Origin: an uncultured Eubacteriales bacterium
Lineage (GTDB): Bacteria > Bacillota > Clostridia > Oscillospirales > Acutalibacteraceae
DNA: 64,000 bases
NCBI GenBank assembly: GCA_934486915.1
Contig: CAKSRC010000003.1
Span: 2,208-66,207, forward strand
Reading direction: 5' to 3'
The notes below the pieces were generated by a model that was given only the letters and a program-made list of their open reading frames with translations, made no database searches and was not told the origin of the DNA. A program made the position numbers and the translations under genes. Within the stretch, counting starts at the first letter, position 1. The number at the start of each line of letters is the position of its first letter. Below are positions 59,017 through 64,000 of the stretch, in pieces.

Positions 59017-60216
59017 ATGAATATTAAATTTTCACCACCGGATATTTCAAACGAAGAAATAAACGAGGTAATAGACACTTTAAAATCTGGATGGATCACA
59101 ACAGGACCAAAAACTAAATTATTGGAAAATAAAATAGCCGAGTTTTGCGGCACTTCAAAAGCTGTGTGCCTAAATTCTGCGACAGCAGGACTTGAGCTTG
59201 TATTAAGGCTTTTCGGCATAGGACCCGGGGATGAAGTAATTACAAGCGCATATACATACACAGCGTCATGCAGTGTAATTTGCCATGTTGGAGCTACACC
59301 TATTTTAATAGATTCACAAAAAGATTCCCATGAAATGGACTATGACGCTTTGGCAAATGCAATCACTCCTAAAACAAAGGCTGTTATCCCCGTAGATATC
59401 GCAGGAATAATGTGTGACTACGACAAAATATTCGACATAGTAAACTCTAAAAAATCTATGTTTAAGCCAAACAATAAGCTTCAAGAAAGCCTAAACAGGA
59501 TTTTAGTTTTAGCCGACGGCGCACACTCCTTAGGTGCTAAATATAAAGGACAAATATCTGGAAGCGTTGCAGACTTTACAAGCTTTTCCTTCCATGCTGT
59601 CAAAAACTTTACAACCGCTGAAGGTGGAGCAGTAGTTTGGAAAGATATTCCCAACATTTCTAATGAGGATATATATAAACAATTTATGTTATTTTCCCTT
59701 CATGGTCAAAACAAGGATGCCCTTGCTAAAACTCAAAAAGGTAGCTGGGAATATGACATCATTGCACCTTATTACAAGTGCAATATGACTGACATCATGG
59801 CGGCTATAGGTCTTGCTCAATATAGGCGTTATAGTGGAATGCTTGAAAGAAGAAAAAATATTGTATCGCAATACAATGAAGCATTTAAAGATGAAGACGT
59901 TACTTTCTTAAACCACTATGATGACGACCACCAAGGCAGCGGACACTTATACATGGTAAGACTTAATAATAAAAGTCTTGAGCAAAGAAACAAAATGATA
60001 GAATTAATGGAAGAAAACGGTGTAGCCGTAAATGTGCATTATAAGCCATTGCCTATGCATACGGCCTACAAAAACCTAGGGTTCGACATAAAGGATTTCC
60101 CTAATGCCTATAATCTATATAAAAATGAAATCACATTACCCCTTAATACTCTCTTGACTGATGAGGAAGTTGCCTATGTAATCAAAACATTCAAAGAATG
60201 TCTATCTAAAATATAG
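59017..60216 (+). CDS. DegT/DnrJ/EryC1/StrS family aminotransferase (PglE/EpsN-like)
   Basis: 399 aa; ...SFSFHAVKNFTTAEGGAV (PLP-Lys context), typical N-terminal PDIS..EI..V...L.SGW.TTGP. Confidence 0.9.
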   Translation: MNIKFSPPDISNEEINEVIDTLKSGWITTGPKTKLLENKIAEFCGTSKAVCLNSATAGLELVLRLFGIGPGDEVITSAYTYTASCSVICHVGATPILIDSQKDSHEMDYDALANAITPKTKAVIPVDIAGIMCDYDKIFDIVNSKKSMFKPNNKLQESLNRILVLADGAHSLGAKYKGQISGSVADFTSFSFHAVKNFTTAEGGAVVWKDIPNISNEDIYKQFMLFSLHGQNKDALAKTQKGSWEYDIIAPYYKCNMTDIMAAIGLAQYRRYSGMLERRKNIVSQYNEAFKDEDVTFLNHYDDDHQGSGHLYMVRLNNKSLEQRNKMIELMEENGVAVNVHYKPLPMHTAYKNLGFDIKDFPNAYNLYKNEITLPLNTLLTDEEVAYVIKTFKECLSKI

Positions 60217-60256
60217 TTAGGTAAATATTGTTTCAACTATTATAAGGAGAATATTT

Positions 60257-61801
60257 ATGCAGTTTATAAAAACTGATCTAAAAAGGCTAGATGAAATAAT
60301 TTTCAATCCAAGCCTTTTTAGAATTGCCTATATTATAGATTTGTTTTTAGGAATGTTGGCCTTTTTAGAGCCCACTTCACTTGTCTTAAAATGTCTTATC
60401 CTTTCTTGGGGAGCTCTTATATTTATACATAACTTTATTAAAACAAAAGCATTCCTAAAAATTAAGTATTATAAAATATTGATTCTATTTTTAGGGCTGT
60501 GTTTATTTACAACACTTTTGCATTTTAATGATAATCTTCTTGCTAACCTACTTTTTATATACCACACATCCATATGTTTTTTTATGTTTTATGGAATGAA
60601 TGTTCAAAATGATAAGAAGTCAATAGAAAAGGAAATGGTATTTATATTTAAGTTTATAACCATAAGTACCACCTTGCTTTCTTGTCTTGGGCTATTGATT
60701 TTTGCGTTTAAAACCCAAATAAATATCCAAGACTATTGGCTTGGAATATATCAAAATAGGTTTATAGGTGTCTATTCAAACCCCAATTTATTGGCGTTTT
60801 CATGTGTCCTATCTATAATATTCGGCTATATGCTTACCCAAAAGGACACTTTAGGCCAATACACAAAAAACAAGCACTTATATATAGCTTCCATTGTTAT
60901 CAATATTGGCGCATTAATCCTTTCTGATTCTAATGCTTCATTACTTTTCTTTATTCTATACATAATTGTGTTAATATTCTATAAATTATTTTCTAATAAA
61001 ACTTTCTTTTCAATAAGTGATATTATTAAAAGATCAACCTTATTAGTCCTTTGTTGCTTAGTATTATTCTTGTTGACATTTGGGCTAAGAAACTTTGTGC
61101 AGGATAAAGTGGCCATATTTGTAAATGATATTCACCAAAGCCAAGAACCTATACATGACAATAAAAATGAGTTTGAAAATATAATAACAGAAGAAGAGGT
61201 AACTGATGATGACAGTAATGATAATGAGGAAGAAAGTATTGAAGAAGCTGTCGAAATAGGAAGAGACCCGCTAAGTGGAAGTTATGATGTAAGCAGTGGA
61301 AGAATTACACTTCTAAAGCAATCATTAATTATGTTTAAAAATCATCCATTTTTTGGAGTAGGTAGAGGAAATATTGTAGAGTACGGTCTGCGTGAAATAC
61401 CCGGCGGACTTAGATTTTCAGATTTTCATAACGGTTATGTAACCATATTAGTGTCTTGGGGTACAATTGGATTTATAATATTTTCAAGTTTCGCTCTTAT
61501 GTTAGCCATTGATATGTGTAAAAGTCTTTTTAACATGGGCAAAAATCGCGACTCAAAAATATACTCCAATTTATTTTCAATTATAGTATCTTATGCATTC
61601 TATAGTCTTTTTGAAAAAACAATCTTATCTGAAATAACCTTTATGGTAGTTATATTTTGGTTGATACTTGGCTATGCTTCTACTTATATTAATGTAAGAA
61701 ATAACTTTGCAAAAGAGGGGTTAAACTATGAAGGAAAGCTTCTTAATAGACAAAAATACACTTTTAGACGAAGGGGTTTCATCATCAAGTATAAAATCTA
61801 A
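60257..61801 (+). CDS. O-antigen ligase/polymerase family (Wzy_C) membrane protein with acidic loop insert
   Basis: 514 aa, more than 10 TM; SGRITLLKQSL.MFKNHPFFGVGRGN loop motif preceded by ITEEEVTDDDSNDNEEESIEEAVE. Confidence 0.8.
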   Translation: MQFIKTDLKRLDEIIFNPSLFRIAYIIDLFLGMLAFLEPTSLVLKCLILSWGALIFIHNFIKTKAFLKIKYYKILILFLGLCLFTTLLHFNDNLLANLLFIYHTSICFFMFYGMNVQNDKKSIEKEMVFIFKFITISTTLLSCLGLLIFAFKTQINIQDYWLGIYQNRFIGVYSNPNLLAFSCVLSIIFGYMLTQKDTLGQYTKNKHLYIASIVINIGALILSDSNASLLFFILYIIVLIFYKLFSNKTFFSISDIIKRSTLLVLCCLVLFLLTFGLRNFVQDKVAIFVNDIHQSQEPIHDNKNEFENIITEEEVTDDDSNDNEEESIEEAVEIGRDPLSGSYDVSSGRITLLKQSLIMFKNHPFFGVGRGNIVEYGLREIPGGLRFSDFHNGYVTILVSWGTIGFIIFSSFALMLAIDMCKSLFNMGKNRDSKIYSNLFSIIVSYAFYSLFEKTILSEITFMVVIFWLILGYASTYINVRNNFAKEGLNYEGKLLNRQKYTFRRRGFIIKYKI

Positions 61802-62210
61802 GGATTTATTAAGGCTAAAGGGTAAAGTGGACAAATCATTTATGATGTCTTCTATATACACTGAAATAAACTTCGATTTTAAACCAATATACAAAAGACA
61901 TAATGAAGAGAAAAATCTTGTAACAATAATTTGCGTAAACAAGACTATAGAAATCCCCTATGAGGTATTGGAGCTTGGCAATCAAGGAAATATCACTTTT
62001 ATGCAGCCAAATCCACGCTTTACATTCACGATATCGACAGGCTCGTATATAATCGACCCTAAATTTTTAGACTTTGTCTTTGAAGACCAAGATGTCACTA
62101 TAGAAAATATCATTAAATACTGTTTAAAAAAAGGACAAAAAATAGGTGTGTTTATTATACCCTCAAGCTCATTTAAAGATATAAGAAAAATCCCTTTGTT
62201 TGTAGATTAA
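61728..62210 (+). CDS. hypothetical protein (160 aa)
   Basis: ATG 61728 preceded by RBS AGAGGGG; overlaps the upstream gene by 74 nt in another frame. No family recognised. Confidence 0.5.
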   Translation: MKESFLIDKNTLLDEGVSSSSIKSKDLLRLKGKVDKSFMMSSIYTEINFDFKPIYKRHNEEKNLVTIICVNKTIEIPYEVLELGNQGNITFMQPNPRFTFTISTGSYIIDPKFLDFVFEDQDVTIENIIKYCLKKGQKIGVFIIPSSSFKDIRKIPLFVD

Positions 62211-62235
62211 AATAAAATTATTTTATGGAGGCAAA

Positions 62236-64000
62236 ATGAAAGACGGTTTTTTAAGAGTTGCATGTGCAACTAATAATGTAAAGGTCGCAGACTGCGACTA
62301 TAACTCTAACGAGATTATAAAGCTAATATTTGAAGCTCACGAAAAGGGAACTTCTTTAATTGTTTTTCCTGAACTCTCTATCACTGCTTATACTTGCATG
62401 GACTTATTTTTTCAAAAAAGTCTCTTAGACTCTGCTCAAAAATCACTCCTAAAGATAGCGAAAGAAACCTCAAAACTTGATATCATTTCTATTGTTGGAC
62501 TACCCTTAAAAAATAATAATTGCCTATATAACTGCGCCTGTGTTATCCAAAAGGGAAAAATTCTTGGTTTTGTACCCAAAATGAATATACCAAATTACAG
62601 CGAATTTCAAGAGCTTCGCTTTTTCGACAAGGGGTGCAATTATAAAACCATAGACTTTTACGGTCAAAGTGTACCATTGGGAAGCAATATAGTATTTTCG
62701 TGCAAAAACTTCAAAGAGTTTAAATTCTCAATCGAAATATGTGAAGATCTTTGGGTCTCTAACCCACCATCCAATAACCTTTGCCAAGCAGGCGCTAATA
62801 TTATTGCTAACCTTTCGGCAAGCAATGAACTAATTTCAAAGGCTAAATATAGAAAAGACCTTGTAAAAATGCAATCTGCAAAACTTACATCCTGTTATCT
62901 TTATGCCGATGCGGGTCCTGGGGAATCAAGCACTGATTTAGTCTTTTCGGCCCACAATATAATAGCCGAAAACGGAATAGTTTTAAAAGAATCCTCTAAG
63001 TTTAAATCCGGCATTATTGTAGAAGACATTGACCTTCAAAAGATAGAATCCGAAAGAGTAAAAACAGCGACAAGCTACGGCGAAAAAACTGCTTTTGAAG
63101 TGGAGTTTTCTATCAATAAACGTGATATCCCCCTAAAACGAGAAATCCCTAAATTTCCATTTGTGCCATCAAGCTCAAATAAGCTTTCGGAACACTGCGA
63201 GGAAATCCTTACAATTCAAGCCATGGGTCTTGCTAAAAGGCTCAAACACACAGGCTTAAAATCTGTTGTCTTGGGAGTTTCCGGCGGGCTTGACTCAACT
63301 CTTGCATTGATTGTCATAAAAAAGGCTTTCGATATCTTAAATCTCGACAAGCAAAATATAAGGGCTGTAAGTATGCCCTGCTTTGGGACAACCACAAGGA
63401 CAAAATCAAATGCCCAAAAGCTTGCCTTGGCATATAAGGCCTCGTTTGAGGAAATTAATATTTACGAGTCTGTAAAAAAGCACTTTGAAGATATTGGCCA
63501 TGACGATAAAATACATGACGTAACATACGAAAATTCGCAAGCAAGAGAAAGAACTCAAATTTTGATGGATCTTTCCAACAAATATAATGCTTTAGTAATT
63601 GGTACTGGGGACCTTTCGGAATTGGCCCTTGGGTTTGCTACGTATAACGGCGACCATATGTCTATGTATGCAGTAAACTCCTCAATTCCTAAAACCTTAG
63701 TTCGTCATTTAGTTGAGTATGAGGCAAACCACTCTAATGACAGCCTAAAAGAAATACTCTTAGATATCCTAAATACTCCCGTAAGCCCCGAACTTTTGCC
63801 GCCAAGTGATAATAAAATATCACAAAAGACCGAAGAAATAGTGGGACCATATGAACTTCATGATTTCTTTTTATATTACTTCATACGTTTTGCGTTTACA
63901 CCTAAAAAAATTCTTAGGTTAGCTTTAATCGCTTTTAAAGACGCATATGACGAAGAAACCATAAAAAAATGGCTTACCATATTCCTAAAAAGGTTCTTCT
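62236..64000 (+). CDS. nadE: glutamine-dependent NAD+ synthetase (partial, continues beyond window)
   Basis: Not in the ORF track because it runs off the edge. Hand translation MKDGFLRVACATNNVKVADCDYNSNEIIKLIFEAHEKGTSLIVFPELSITAYTC... (nitrilase domain), later VLGVSGGLDSTLAL (PP-loop). Confidence 0.9.
   Translation, partial: MKDGFLRVACATNNVKVADCDYNSNEIIKLIFEAHEKGTSLIVFPELSITAYTCMDLFFQKSLLDSAQKSLLKIAKETSKLDIISIVGLPLKNNNCLYNCACVIQKGKILGFVPKMNIPNYSEFQELRFFDKGCNYKTIDFYGQSVPLGSNIVFSCKNFKEFKFSIEICEDLWVSNPPSNNLCQAGANIIANLSASNELISKAKYRKDLVKMQSAKLTSCYLYADAGPGESSTDLVFSAHNIIAENGIVLKESSKFKSGIIVEDIDLQKIESERVKTATSYGEKTAFEVEFSINKRDIPLKREIPKFPFVPSSSNKLSEHCEEILTIQAMGLAKRLKHTGLKSVVLGVSGGLDSTLALIVIKKAFDILNLDKQNIRAVSMPCFGTTTRTKSNAQKLALAYKASFEEINIYESVKKHFEDIGHDDKIHDVTYENSQARERTQILMDLSNKYNALVIGTGDLSELALGFATYNGDHMSMYAVNSSIPKTLVRHLVEYEANHSNDSLKEILLDILNTPVSPELLPPSDNKISQKTEEIVGPYELHDFFLYYFIRFAFTPKKILRLALIAFKDAYDEETIKKWLTIFLKRFF

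Overview
This is low-GC (roughly one-third G+C by eye) chromosomal DNA from an endospore-forming Firmicute, Clostridia-like, as shown by spoIID, pro-sigK, ytaF, ylmC/ymxH and the ctsR-mcsA-mcsB-clpC operon. Most of the window is densely packed core genes. These include prmA, a heterodimeric ABC exporter, yceD-rpmF, gap, an ABC-F ATPase, nrdR, the dgt-dnaG-rpoD operon, rpmE, pyk, nth, hisS-aspS, and mgsA/minD/PBP2/mreDCB. They also include citrate synthase, ppa, trmL, a RodA/FtsW-family gene, two P-type ATPases, sigK, dCMP deaminase and nadE (partial). No rRNA, tRNA, CRISPR array, transposase or integrase was seen.

Three things stand out.
1. A family of five diverged, about 145-170 nt structured intergenic elements lies at ~15.0, 40.2, 45.2, 48.0 and 56.7 kb. 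Each has a closing stem plus four hairpins. Compensatory and G-U changes only work on one strand. Four copies sit sense-oriented just upstream of nrdR, ppa, the rodA-family gene and sigK. I cannot assign the family to any RNA class or mobile element I know.
2. The left edge holds the start of a contractile tail-like locus (charged 303-aa ORF, then sheath, then gp19-type tube) directly abutting housekeeping genes. No head genes lie on the visible side, so it is a candidate tailocin or extracellular contractile injection system (eCIS) continuing beyond position 1.
3. At 58.2-62.2 kb there is a small glycan cluster: a PglC/EpsL-like transferase, a DegT aminotransferase, a Wzy_C ligase-like protein with an acidic insert, and an overlapping unknown ORF.

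Smaller oddities:
- a VanY/LdcB-like protein that has lost its zinc ligands
- a eukaryote-type GAPDH
- an apparent ATT start for prmA
- an Asn-rich 45-aa peptide
- an orphan minD
- a holin-like/zinc-ribbon fusion
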